64,000 bases of DNA, taken from the IMG/VR virus record IMGVR_UViG_3300044951_001239, positions 1 to 64,000 of that record. One strand, written 5' to 3'. Below are positions 26,900 to 37,179 of this stretch, piece by piece (position 1 is the first letter of the stretch; every line of letters starts with the position of its first letter). The position numbers and the translations under genes are program-made. The notes below the pieces were generated by a model. It was not told where the DNA came from and did no database searches. It saw only the letters and a list, made by a program, of their open reading frames with translations. The stretch is from a virus.

Positions 26900-27820
26900 T
26901 TATTCTTCGTAAACTACTGAACTCATTCCAGAACCCAGACCCTGACGAGTCCAGCTTGGGTTAAGGCCATTAATTTCCAAGATGTCATCACGAATATTTT
27001 GGTTGCGTTTTTCAGTATTTAGGACACGGCAGAAACTATTTGTAATTGCTGCTGTATAATATGCGAATGGATTAGCACTTTTAGACTCATTGAATCTTAG
27101 CCCAACATAAGTAAGTTGAAGAATGGCACTATTACGCATTTCATCATTATAAGTATATCCACGCCAATTGTATTTCATGGCGTATTTCCCACACATCATA
27201 ATATACATACGGGCAAGTTTATTTGTTACTTGACCGTGATCCTTACTGAATTCTCCAGTGGATAGATCACCTTTCCAATGACTTTTGCCAACACAATAGA
27301 ATGTATTATTTTCATCAATTTTATAATGTTGGAATGGTGGAAAGTTTACCTTAACATGAACTAGATCATCTACTTCTGCTTTGGTTGTTGCGTCTTCCAA
27401 ATCAGCAAAAATCTCATCTGGATTAACTTCTTCTTCAAATTCAAAGATATCTTTTGCTGTTTTCTTTTTAACTGTTTTGCGTGGAACTTTTGGTGCTACT
27501 GGCACATGATCCCAATTCATTACTCTGAATACTAAATCTGTTACCAGAATAGATTCTGGGCTAACTGATTCTTTTACCCCTGCTTCTAAACTCAAGCGTG
27601 TAGCTCTAGTTTCTCTGGCTAATTGAATAGTTTCGGGTTTAAATGCATATTCTAAACTTGCTTGTATAGAAGATTGGGGCATATCAACAATAAAATCGTA
27701 TCTATGATATTCAGGTTCAGTGAAGTGACAATACGAGGTCTTGCTTGTGTGAATCTCTTTAAGAATGTCACGATTATTCAGATAATTAACGGGTTTTCTT
27801 GGTGCAGGTAGTAATGACAT
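26900..27820 (-). CDS. gp55: Late-transcription sigma factor (gp55-like)
   Basis: NYLNNRDILKEI, NWRGYTYNDEM and FNESKSANPFAYYT..I.NSF motifs; upstream of gp47/gp46 as in T4. Confidence 0.85.
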   Translation of the reverse strand: MSLLPAPRKPVNYLNNRDILKEIHTSKTSYCHFTEPEYHRYDFIVDMPQSSIQASLEYAFKPETIQLARETRATRLSLEAGVKESVSPESILVTDLVFRVMNWDHVPVAPKVPRKTVKKKTAKDIFEFEEEVNPDEIFADLEDATTKAEVDDLVHVKVNFPPFQHYKIDENNTFYCVGKSHWKGDLSTGEFSKDHGQVTNKLARMYIMMCGKYAMKYNWRGYTYNDEMRNSAILQLTYVGLRFNESKSANPFAYYTAAITNSFCRVLNTEKRNQNIRDDILEINGLNPSWTRQGLGSGMSSVVYEE

Positions 27821-27852
27821 GGGTCTCCTTGTGTTATAGTTATGCTACAGTG

Positions 27853-27881
27853 ATTATAGCATACTAGTTGTTGAAATGCAA
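27853..27881 (-). promoter_or_regulatory. Sigma70-type promoter of the gp55-gp47-gp46 operon
   Basis: Minus strand TTGCAT-N17-TATAAT with an extended -10 (TGn); AAGGAG RBS downstream. Confidence 0.75.
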
Positions 27882-27915
27882 CAGTTTTTTGTAGAAAAGG
27901 TAAAAAAGACGCTTT

Positions 27916-28338
27916 TTATTTATCTCTTACAATTTTCTGTCCCGACAATAGAAATTTTTCTAGTTGTAGTATTGACATGCTTTTGCACATTTCTAATATT
28001 TCACTTGTTTTTAAATATTTTTCCGTGTCATCACGATGCCACATATTTTCCATCACAGTTGTCCATTCTAAATTATTTACTGTGTTATTCTTTTTGTTTT
28101 TGTCTTTGTGATTAACTACTAGTGCTTTGTTTGTGGTCGGGATGAACACCTCTGCTACTAACCGATGGATATAGCTAGTATATCGTTTTTTGCCATCTGA
28201 TAAACATACTAATTCATATCCCCAATTGTTAACGCATACTTTTAGTAATTTTACTTTTCCATTTTTTGTAGACTTAATTTTACCGTAATTGCTGACTTCA
28301 TATTTAGGTATTCTTTCAAGCGTTTTCCACTCTTCCAT
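27916..28338 (-). CDS. NUMOD4-HNH homing endonuclease
   Basis: WKTL...YEVSNYGKIKS (NUMOD4), HRLVAEVFIP and VNHKDKNKKNNTVNNLEW (HNH). Confidence 0.9.
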   Translation of the reverse strand: MEEWKTLERIPKYEVSNYGKIKSTKNGKVKLLKVCVNNWGYELVCLSDGKKRYTSYIHRLVAEVFIPTTNKALVVNHKDKNKKNNTVNNLEWTTVMENMWHRDDTEKYLKTSEILEMCKSMSILQLEKFLLSGQKIVRDK

Positions 28339-28441
28339 AATGCATCCCCTTGTACATTTATTTATCTAAATATTTTATTTTTATTCTAAATGCTGATATT
28401 TTGGAATGCTAAATAGATAAGAAGAAGGATAATAATATTAT

Positions 28442-30646
28442 ATGGCAACAACAGGAGCAAATACCTCATCGCAATGGAGAACAGCCGCACTCAATGCTTC
28501 AGATGCTGCTAATAAGGCTGATATCAAGGCCTTTAACGCAGAAAAAGCGGTCCTAGATGCAGAACGTGATGCAAAATTTGCTATCGTAACTTTAGATCGG
28601 GCAAAAGTGACCGGTGATGCTGTTGAAATAGGGCGGGCGCAACAACAATTACAAGCTGCTAATAATAAAGTGACTCAACAACAAGTTGTAGCCTCCGAAT
28701 ACCGAACTCAGTCAAATAATGCCAACACAGCCGCCGATGCAGCGGAAGCGTTGGAAGCTAAGAATAGCGGACTTACCCCAACTACGACCCCTCCAGCAAC
28801 AGCTACTCCGGGGCAACCGGCTACAACATATATTCCTACTCCAGAAATTGAACAAGCAACAAGTCCTGCTCCGGCGTTAACTACTAATTATCAAGCAAAG
28901 GTAGTTACTACTACCACGACAACTAATACTTCAGTAGCTGAGACTACAGGCGGTAATATTACGACTAGATATAGTTTTGCCCCCATTGAGACTGAGGCTA
29001 GTAAAACTCTTGACGCACAAGGTGACCGGGCTACTAAAGAAGCAGCTTTGTTTCGCCGTACTCCAAACACTGCTTTTAATAATAGAGCATTAGATCGTGG
29101 TCTTGCGGAAGGAACTATTACACAAGCACAATACGATACAATTAAAAGTGCGACCCCAGCCGAAAGATTGGCATTAGCTGATGAAGCTTCCACGAGAGCC
29201 GGTAAATTATATGATCAAGCGAATGCAGAAAAAATTAAGGTACCTCCACAGACAGTAGTTACTAATCAACCCAATACGAGTGAAGTAAAAGTTGATACTG
29301 CGGAAACTACAAGTGTAGCAACAGCAACAGTTACCGGCACAATTCCAGGGACTAATGTCGCGACGGCTACAGTAGACGGACAGGAGTATCAAGTAACAAA
29401 AAATATTGCTGAAAATACCTCTACTTACACGGCCGCAGACAATTCAGCAGTCTCGGTAACAGTCCCGACAACTAATATTGAAAATGCTGCACCAATTCCA
29501 ATAAACAATGTATTTTCTCAAGCTGCATTTGATCAAGAGTTTACGCAAATAGAGGCAGAGCAGAATAGAGTTAAAAATTCAAAAGCAGTAGTCGATCCAA
29601 ATCAAGACCCGGCAGACACCGCTAGATTTAAATCTGGTGAGGAAACTATACAAGACAAGAAAGTACCTGCTGACCCTGTTCTAGTACAAAATTCTAATCC
29701 TGAAGGTAACGCAAATATACTAGAGCAAAATGCGGCTGCAAATGCGGAAGCAATAAGCAATGCAGGTGAATTAGGTAATATGTCAGTGTCAGGTTTAACT
29801 ACAAAAAAATTAAACACAGCAAAACAGGCTACACTACAAGATGCAGTAAACTTCCAAAACAAAGCAGACTGGCGGGTAAGATTAAGTTTAAGTCCCGGGG
29901 CAGACTATTTGTATAACGCTAGACCCCCTGGAATATTAGCACCATTGGTAGCAACAGGAGGGGTCATCTTCCCATATACTCCTAATATAGCAGTTGCGTA
30001 TGCTGCTCAATATGAGCCTACTCCATTAACACATTCAAATTATAAAATTCACTCATATCAGGGTAGTTCAGTTGATACCGTTACTATTGGGTGTGATTTT
30101 ACTGCACAGGATACATTTGAAGCACAATATGTACTAGCAGTAATACATTTCTTCAGATCAATTACTAAAATGTTTTATGGTTTAGACCAAAATCCTACTA
30201 ACGGCACCCCTCCTCCACTGTGCTATTTGAGTGGATTGGGCGCATTTCAATTTGATAATCATCCATTGGCAATTACAGCTTTTACCTACACTTTGCCCAC
30301 GGAAGTTGATTATATACAAGCTGGAAGTAATTTTGCCCCGGCGGGTGATAATAGACAAAACAATCCTGCACAAGCTAAATCCGGAGAAAGTGGAATGGTA
30401 CAAGCAGGGGCAGTTAGAATGGATAGTGGTGGCCTTAATCCAGGTGCAACAGTATCATCACCCGTTTGGCAAACTACGAATGCTGGAACAAAGGAAGCGT
30501 CATATGTTCCTACAAAGATAAATCTTAGTATTACCGCAGTGCCAATTGTAACTAGAAATGACATTAGTAATAGATTTAGTTTGAAAGAATATGCAACAGG
30601 TGCATTATTAAGAGGATCACTCAATTCAGGCGGAGGAATTTGGTAA
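28442..30646 (+). CDS. Baseplate/tail-tube initiator-like protein (gp48/gp54-like C-terminal domain) with a long Ala/Thr-rich N-terminal extension
   Basis: C-terminal DWRVRLSL...GVIFPYTP...THSNY...FTAQ...HFFRSITKMFYG...GTPPPLCYLSG; first gene of the baseplate operon. Confidence 0.6.
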   Translation: MATTGANTSSQWRTAALNASDAANKADIKAFNAEKAVLDAERDAKFAIVTLDRAKVTGDAVEIGRAQQQLQAANNKVTQQQVVASEYRTQSNNANTAADAAEALEAKNSGLTPTTTPPATATPGQPATTYIPTPEIEQATSPAPALTTNYQAKVVTTTTTTNTSVAETTGGNITTRYSFAPIETEASKTLDAQGDRATKEAALFRRTPNTAFNNRALDRGLAEGTITQAQYDTIKSATPAERLALADEASTRAGKLYDQANAEKIKVPPQTVVTNQPNTSEVKVDTAETTSVATATVTGTIPGTNVATATVDGQEYQVTKNIAENTSTYTAADNSAVSVTVPTTNIENAAPIPINNVFSQAAFDQEFTQIEAEQNRVKNSKAVVDPNQDPADTARFKSGEETIQDKKVPADPVLVQNSNPEGNANILEQNAAANAEAISNAGELGNMSVSGLTTKKLNTAKQATLQDAVNFQNKADWRVRLSLSPGADYLYNARPPGILAPLVATGGVIFPYTPNIAVAYAAQYEPTPLTHSNYKIHSYQGSSVDTVTIGCDFTAQDTFEAQYVLAVIHFFRSITKMFYGLDQNPTNGTPPPLCYLSGLGAFQFDNHPLAITAFTYTLPTEVDYIQAGSNFAPAGDNRQNNPAQAKSGESGMVQAGAVRMDSGGLNPGATVSSPVWQTTNAGTKEASYVPTKINLSITAVPIVTRNDISNRFSLKEYATGALLRGSLNSGGGIW

Positions 30647-30957
30647 TGTCAGCTAATAATTTATACCCAGCAACAAGTCCATATTATTTTACTGAAATAG
30701 TTAATAATAACTTTTTAGATATTATGTCAAATAGACCCATACCAATGCAACCATCGGATATTTATTGGGAGATAACTTCAGTTTATGAATATAGACCTGA
30801 TACCTTGGCATATGACTTATACAGTGACAGTAGATTATGGTGGGTGTTTTCAAGTAGAAATCCAAACAGATTAAAAGATCCATATTTTGATTTTACCGCC
30901 GGGACAGGAATATATTTACCTAAATTGGATATGTTAAAACAAGTTTTGGGAATTTAA
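30646..30957 (+). CDS. Baseplate wedge protein (gp53-like, LysM-related)
   Basis: YEYRPDTLAYDLYSDSRLWWVF..RNP motif; translationally coupled through TAATG. Confidence 0.8.
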   Translation: MSANNLYPATSPYYFTEIVNNNFLDIMSNRPIPMQPSDIYWEITSVYEYRPDTLAYDLYSDSRLWWVFSSRNPNRLKDPYFDFTAGTGIYLPKLDMLKQVLGI

Positions 30958-30958
30958 G

Positions 30959-33646
30959 ATGAATCAAAACTCAGTAAAGGATGATAAAGAAAATCCTGCC
31001 CAATCAGGTGAGAATGCTAGATTATTAAATAGATATCCTCCAAAAGGTAGTGCTGCACCAGTTCAAGCGACTCCCACTACTCCAGCAGGAAAAGCAGATT
31101 CTCCGGCAGCAAATCCAATGTCTACTGACTCAACTAACACAGTAGCAATTAAACCCGGCAAACGAACACAAAATCCATTAAGTAATTTTAGTAGCTACAC
31201 ATATCAACTATCATTGTATATGATAACTCCTGATGCATACGATGCTTTTATAGAATCAGGAAGAAAGGATTTGAATGCTATAAATAATATCTCCCCCGGG
31301 GTTGCATCCCCTGCGCCTACTACTAGTTCAAACTTTGTACAGGCACCGGGCGAAGCAGGACGTTCTGGTTCACCTCCTGCAGCTTCTACTCCGTCACCAA
31401 AAAAAGGCGGAGCATATTTAATTGCACAAAGCAGCGGAATTAATAAAACGACTAAACGTACCCCTGGATTTGAACTAGATTTTTTCATAGATGATTTAAA
31501 ATTTACACAAACAATTGGCACCAAAGAAGTTGGTGCATCAACCAATATTAGTGAAATGTCATTCACTATAACTGAACCGTATGGTTTTTCGTTGTTAACT
31601 AAATTACGCAGGGCACAGAATGAGTTAGCATCTACAACTAATACTAAAAACTTTGCAATGGTGCAAGACGGCATGAGACAATTTTTTATATTAGGTATTC
31701 GATTCTTGGGATATGATAAAAATGGTGAAATTATTGACCCATCTAAAATACCAAGCGCAGATGGCAATCCTGCAGGTAATGCGTTTGGACTGTATGAACG
31801 TTATATTGACATACTAATCAAGGACATGAAATTTAAAATTACCGGTAAACCGGTAGTTTACAATATCACGGCTGTTCCACCAAATCAGATAATTGGGTTT
31901 GGTTCAAAATTTAGCACAATTATTTCTGATACGCCCATCGTGGCAGATACTGTATTTAATGCGTTGTTTGATCCTGGACAAAATCAACCTGACGCAAATA
32001 ATCCAGTTGGGCCAGATCCTGCACAAAGGGCTAACGGACAACAGACAAATGTTTCAAACATGTCAAGTTTGTTTTCAAAATTAAATTTTGACCAGCAAAA
32101 ACTAGTGGGCAAAGGGGTAACTATACCAAGAAAATATGATGTTGTGTTTCTTGGTCCCGATAAAGAACAGTTCAAGAACTCAAGTTTAAAAAGTAGTGCT
32201 GATTTAGATAAGAGAAAAATACCCATGACAACGGCGGCTAAAACTTCAGAATCTAATCAAAAGACTGCTTCTAGAGAAAAACCAAATGATTCATTGCGTA
32301 CTATTAAAATAGCACAGGGTACGTCTATCATACAAGCAGTGTCAGAAATAATTAAACAGAGTTCGTATTTAGAAGATGGATTGTCTCAAGTAAATAATAC
32401 AAATTTGTCTCCCGACCCCGAAACAGGTTCATATGAAAAACAAGAGAATTCACCAAAAGAATTAAAATGGTTTAACATAAGTGCCGAAGTAAAAAACTTA
32501 GGATGGGATCCTAATCAGGGAGACTATGTTTATAAGATTACCTATATTATCCAGCCGTATTTAACTCCAATTGTAGTAGCAGCCTCTGCTAGTAAGACAA
32601 CACCGTATTATGGGGCACATAAACGATACGAGTACTGGTATACTGGTAAAAATTCTGAAGTAATTAGTTATACACAAAATATGGATTTTACCTACCATAA
32701 TGTTACCCTTCAGGGATTTGGTCTCGGGGCACCTCTACCTTCGCAGGCTCAGGGTGGCGCAGCCGATATTCCAGTAACAGTTGGTCAACCTCAAGGACAA
32801 CCAACACAGGGTAAACTTAATATATCTATGGAAGCACAAAATATGTATATGACTAGTTTGTTTAGTCCTAAAGACTTTGGTTCAGCTAGAATCACAATCT
32901 TAGGTGATCCAGACTTTATAATGCAAACTTCACCTAGTAGTATAAATTCACGATACAATCAATTTTACGGTGACGACGGATTTACTATTAATCCAAACGG
33001 AGGTCAAGTTTTTATTGAAATAAATTTTATAGAACCAATAGACTATCAAAATAGTACTGGCACGATGAGTTTAAATAACTCAATATTCTTTTATAAATAT
33101 CCAGATTATGTTCAAAAAGATATTGATAGTCGCGGTGGCGGAATTAGCTATATGGTTACAAGGGTAATTAGTAATTTTAAGGGTGGAAAATTTACACAAG
33201 ATTTAACTTTGACACTTAACACGTTTCAAGATCCCGGACCAAGTACTGTTAAATCTGCTCAGGGTAGACCTTCTGGTGGAACCGGTGTAGTTTTGAATCA
33301 AGGCGCCGCCGCGGCAGCAAGGACTAACTTTGCAGCGACTGATACTAGACTAATCGGTGCAGCCGAACGCAGCGCCGCCGCGGCAGCAAGGACTAACTTT
33401 GCAGCGACTGATCCTAGACTAATCGGATCGTCCCAGGGTTCTGCCCCTACACCAGCCGGCACAGGCACAACGAGTAGAGCAGGGTTCACTTCTGGGTCAA
33501 ATGCTGGTACAGATGCTGGTCAACTCAGTACTTCAGTTGGAAGTATTAACAATGTCATGGACCCAATGCAAAGAATTGCAGCAAGTTCAGTTTTGGTTCC
33601 GACTAAGTACGGCGGAACAGTAGACGATGAAAATAACGGAAGATAA
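30959..33646 (+). CDS. Baseplate hub protein (gp27/gpD-like)
   Basis: NPLSNFSSYTYQLSLY, FTITEPYG, ITILGDPDF and SNFKGGKFTQDLTL motifs; sits between the gp53- and gp5-like genes. Confidence 0.6.
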   Translation: MNQNSVKDDKENPAQSGENARLLNRYPPKGSAAPVQATPTTPAGKADSPAANPMSTDSTNTVAIKPGKRTQNPLSNFSSYTYQLSLYMITPDAYDAFIESGRKDLNAINNISPGVASPAPTTSSNFVQAPGEAGRSGSPPAASTPSPKKGGAYLIAQSSGINKTTKRTPGFELDFFIDDLKFTQTIGTKEVGASTNISEMSFTITEPYGFSLLTKLRRAQNELASTTNTKNFAMVQDGMRQFFILGIRFLGYDKNGEIIDPSKIPSADGNPAGNAFGLYERYIDILIKDMKFKITGKPVVYNITAVPPNQIIGFGSKFSTIISDTPIVADTVFNALFDPGQNQPDANNPVGPDPAQRANGQQTNVSNMSSLFSKLNFDQQKLVGKGVTIPRKYDVVFLGPDKEQFKNSSLKSSADLDKRKIPMTTAAKTSESNQKTASREKPNDSLRTIKIAQGTSIIQAVSEIIKQSSYLEDGLSQVNNTNLSPDPETGSYEKQENSPKELKWFNISAEVKNLGWDPNQGDYVYKITYIIQPYLTPIVVAASASKTTPYYGAHKRYEYWYTGKNSEVISYTQNMDFTYHNVTLQGFGLGAPLPSQAQGGAADIPVTVGQPQGQPTQGKLNISMEAQNMYMTSLFSPKDFGSARITILGDPDFIMQTSPSSINSRYNQFYGDDGFTINPNGGQVFIEINFIEPIDYQNSTGTMSLNNSIFFYKYPDYVQKDIDSRGGGISYMVTRVISNFKGGKFTQDLTLTLNTFQDPGPSTVKSAQGRPSGGTGVVLNQGAAAAARTNFAATDTRLIGAAERSAAAAARTNFAATDPRLIGSSQGSAPTPAGTGTTSRAGFTSGSNAGTDAGQLSTSVGSINNVMDPMQRIAASSVLVPTKYGGTVDDENNGR
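33303..33426 (+). repeat. 69-bp tandem duplication in the hub gene C-terminal tail
   Basis: AAAAARTNFAATD(T/P)RLIG encoded twice, starting at 33303 and 33372. Confidence 0.9.
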
Positions 33647-33652
33647 TAATTA

Positions 33653-35104
33653 ATGGCAACAAATGACATTAAAGTAAAGGGCCAAGCTAAGGAAACTAAG
33701 CCAGATGCAGGTGGCGGTGTAATACGTTCGGTGCCTGTACTTGGCGTAGTAAAAAATAATATTGACTCAACAAGAGCAGGTAGAATAGATGTTTATATCG
33801 CTCAATTTGGCGCGCCTAGCCCAAATGAAAAAAGTAGTTGGATTACAGTAAGCTACATGAGTCCCTTCTTTGGAAGTACTCAACCTCAGGGAGGAAGTAA
33901 AGACACTGATTATGGCACATATACACAAAATCCAAGTTCATATGGAATGTGGTATAGCCCTCCTGATATTGGAAGTACAGTAGTTTGTATTTTTATTAAC
34001 GGTGATGTTAACTACGGATATTATATTGGTAGTATTCTTCCACCGGAATTATTGCAAATGATACCGGCAATAGGGGCGTCTGAAAATATTGTACCAAATG
34101 ACCCCGAAGCAGCGGGATTGGGCGGAGCTACAAGACTACCAGTAGTTAATCTCAACAATAATAATAAAAAAATTAACGCAGTTACAGAATTTTTAAACGC
34201 AGCTAAACCAATTCATAGCTATAGTTCTTCTGTTTATTTCCAACAGGGGTTAATCAGAGACCCTATAAGAGGGCCAATATCAACTAGCGCACTAAGAGAA
34301 TCACCGTCACAGGTTGGTTGGGGAGTTAGCACTCCGGGTAGAGCAATTCATCAAGGTGGTTTTACTGACAACAATATATTAACAACGGGAGTTGAGTCAT
34401 CAGATGAGTCATTAAAATTAGTATCACGCAGAGGCGGACATAGCATTGTTATGGATGATGGTGATGTTGTTGGGAAAGATCAATTAATAAGATTAAGAAC
34501 TGCATTGGGTCATCAAATATTAATGAGCGACGATGGGCAAACATTGTTCATTATTCATTCTAACGGACAAAGCTACATTGAATTAGGCAAAGAAGGTACT
34601 ATTGATATGTACGCTACCAACAGTGTAAATATCAGAACACAGGGCGATTTAAATTTACACGCAGATAACAATATCAATATTAACGCTAAAAATGATTTAA
34701 ATATAGCAGCCAATAACATTAAAATAAATGCTGAGGCTGATATTTCTTATCGTTCAGGTGGAAACTTTAGTGGGTACACATTAGGCACATATACAGTTAA
34801 AGTTAATGGTGCAATGAGTATGAGCGCAAGTGGTGAGGGGTCTTATGCTAGTGCAGGAACTATGTTTGTTAATGGTAGCAAAATAAATTTAAACACAGGA
34901 TCGACTTCAGTAACCCCAGTAGAAGTACCTAAAATACCGATAGTAACTCATACTGATACATTGTTTGACAAAATAAAAGGATGGTTAGCTGCACCCGGTT
35001 ATCTGTTATCAATTGTCAGTCGTGCTCCTACTCATGCTCCTTGGTCAAGTGCAAACCAAGGGGTTGATGTTAAAGTAAATAATAATAGTAGTGGGGCATT
35101 CTAA
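33653..35104 (+). CDS. Baseplate central spike (gp5/VgrG-like: OB-fold plus beta-helix), no lysozyme domain
   Basis: GVVKNNIDSTRAGRIDVYI, YGMWYSPPDIGSTVVCIF, GHSIVMDDG and GHQILMSD motifs, followed by beta-helix-like repeats. Confidence 0.8.
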   Translation: MATNDIKVKGQAKETKPDAGGGVIRSVPVLGVVKNNIDSTRAGRIDVYIAQFGAPSPNEKSSWITVSYMSPFFGSTQPQGGSKDTDYGTYTQNPSSYGMWYSPPDIGSTVVCIFINGDVNYGYYIGSILPPELLQMIPAIGASENIVPNDPEAAGLGGATRLPVVNLNNNNKKINAVTEFLNAAKPIHSYSSSVYFQQGLIRDPIRGPISTSALRESPSQVGWGVSTPGRAIHQGGFTDNNILTTGVESSDESLKLVSRRGGHSIVMDDGDVVGKDQLIRLRTALGHQILMSDDGQTLFIIHSNGQSYIELGKEGTIDMYATNSVNIRTQGDLNLHADNNININAKNDLNIAANNIKINAEADISYRSGGNFSGYTLGTYTVKVNGAMSMSASGEGSYASAGTMFVNGSKINLNTGSTSVTPVEVPKIPIVTHTDTLFDKIKGWLAAPGYLLSIVSRAPTHAPWSSANQGVDVKVNNNSSGAF

Positions 35105-35712
35105 TGCAATATAATCAAAGTCAAACCTATGCTGATGCAGCAAGACTTCCACCAAACAATCCAGTTACGCTTGCAACTGCTGCCACTGTGCCTGCTATTG
35201 GAACAATTAGTAAATCATTAAATGCAGGGGTAACTGCTGCAATGATTGGCGGAACAGCAGCACAAGCAGCGGCAGCATATCCTGATGTAGTATCAAATGG
35301 TACTGGAATTATTATAGATGCATCAGGAAATGTTAATGCTGGCATAGGTATACTAGCAAAAACACCGCAACAACTTGAGGCCGCCGGTATATTAAAACCG
35401 GGAGCAGCTTCATTGGTTACTGGTTTGGTTCAACGGGGAATGACTATAGAATCTGCAATGACAAATAATTTGTTTACTGGAGTTTCTGGTGCTGAAAATT
35501 TACAAGCATTAATTAATAATACCGCTGCACAAACAGCCGCACAGATAATTAATTTTCAACAGGCACAAACTGCAATGATGATGTCCGGTTCTATAGTTGG
35601 TAATGAAGCACCCGGAGCCATAGCAGGTATAGTAAATGCTGCTGCATATGTTGGAGTAAAATCTACAGTAGCATTCTTGCAAAACTCTACTAATATAGGT
35701 AATATACTATAA
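35104..35712 (+). CDS. Hypothetical baseplate-associated protein
   Basis: 202-aa Ala-rich ORF; TAATG overlap with the spike gene. Confidence 0.6.
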   Translation: MQYNQSQTYADAARLPPNNPVTLATAATVPAIGTISKSLNAGVTAAMIGGTAAQAAAAYPDVVSNGTGIIIDASGNVNAGIGILAKTPQQLEAAGILKPGAASLVTGLVQRGMTIESAMTNNLFTGVSGAENLQALINNTAAQTAAQIINFQQAQTAMMMSGSIVGNEAPGAIAGIVNAAAYVGVKSTVAFLQNSTNIGNIL

Positions 35713-37172
35713 TGTCATCACTTCCTTCTATTGCGAATGTAGCAAGTGCAATAAGTTCAGGTAATTTCTCATCTGCGCTAGCAATAACTACAGGTTCTGC
35801 GGGTTCTATTGTTACTTCTCTTAATGGCATGATATCGTCAATCCCAAGTATACCTAGTATTCCAGGGTTACCTAGTATTCCTGGGTTACCAAGTAGACCG
35901 GGGTTACCAAGTATACCGGGGTTACCTAGCATTGACTCTTTGCGAAATATTAAACCACCTGCAATTACTGGGTTAGCAGGATTAGCTGACGCAGCAAAAG
36001 GAATATCAAAGTCTGCATTTACTGCTATAGCAGATTCATTTAAACCACTACAAGCCGGCGTGCCCCAGAATTTAACAGCTATTAATTTAAAAAACAAGTT
36101 AGAACAGGTGGCAACTGACACTAAATCTACAATCGCTCCAGGTGTTACTTCATTTACCAATGTGTTAAATAGCGCAGGAGTTGACATAGCAACCGGTAAA
36201 ATACCCGCAGTTGAAGCAGCAGTTGCATCAGGTGGAGTAGATGCAGGCTTTAATGCATTAGCAGGGGCAATGAGTAATGTACCCGGTATGTCAGGTATAG
36301 TTAGTCCGTCTGCAATTGCTAGCGGGGTAAGCAACTTGCCTGGCGGACAATCAGCACTTTCGTCAATCATAAACTCTAGTTCGTTAACTATTAGTGGAAT
36401 TTCTAGCACACTAAGTAGTCTTGGCACAATAACTAAAAATGCAGCTAGTGCAGCACAAAATCAAATTAGTACCGCATCTGCAGGATCAAGTTCACTGACA
36501 AGTTTATTGTCCGGAAATGCGTTAATAGGAGCAGGGGCCTCACTTAGCGGAGAACTAAGCAATTCGTTCAGTCTGTTGAGTAGTGTAGCCGGACGCTTAT
36601 CTACTATTCCTGGGGTACCTAGTGTTCCGGGTTTACCCTCAATTAGTAGCTTGACAAAAGGCCTGCAATCTGGAAAGCAAGCACTGTCATCACTAGTTTC
36701 AACTGGGCTATCACCTGCAGCGGCGGCAGCATTAACTGCAAGTATAAATTCACTAAGTACGGCAAGTCCTTTTCCTATAAAAATGCCAACAGTGGCCGAG
36801 AAAACAGTTGATAGAAGTGAAATATCTTCTCAAATTAAAAATTTATTAGGTGACAAGAAAATCCCATCCCCAAACTTTTCAGGATTATTTGCAAATATCA
36901 ATATATCAAATGCTGCTTTAGCAGAGCAAGATGTAGTACTGAAGCAAATTGCTGTATTAAGAGAACAACGTTACGATTTAGATAAAGAGGTGAGAAATAC
37001 TAAGTACACGTTATCAAAGGCCAGGCAAGAGTTGCCACAAGGTGATCCGCAAATTCCAATATTAGAAAATGCTGATGCAACCGCTAGACAAGCGTTAATA
37101 GATTTAGATGCAAAAATTGCTTCATTGCAGCAACAACAACGCGCCTTTGCTACATCAAGTCAACCTGCATAA
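35712..37172 (+). CDS. Hypothetical Ser/Ala-rich baseplate-associated protein with PSIPGL repeats
   Basis: 486 aa; TAATG overlap; C-terminal coiled coil. Confidence 0.6.
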   Translation: MSSLPSIANVASAISSGNFSSALAITTGSAGSIVTSLNGMISSIPSIPSIPGLPSIPGLPSRPGLPSIPGLPSIDSLRNIKPPAITGLAGLADAAKGISKSAFTAIADSFKPLQAGVPQNLTAINLKNKLEQVATDTKSTIAPGVTSFTNVLNSAGVDIATGKIPAVEAAVASGGVDAGFNALAGAMSNVPGMSGIVSPSAIASGVSNLPGGQSALSSIINSSSLTISGISSTLSSLGTITKNAASAAQNQISTASAGSSSLTSLLSGNALIGAGASLSGELSNSFSLLSSVAGRLSTIPGVPSVPGLPSISSLTKGLQSGKQALSSLVSTGLSPAAAAALTASINSLSTASPFPIKMPTVAEKTVDRSEISSQIKNLLGDKKIPSPNFSGLFANINISNAALAEQDVVLKQIAVLREQRYDLDKEVRNTKYTLSKARQELPQGDPQIPILENADATARQALIDLDAKIASLQQQQRAFATSSQPA

Positions 37173-37179
37173 ATACAGT

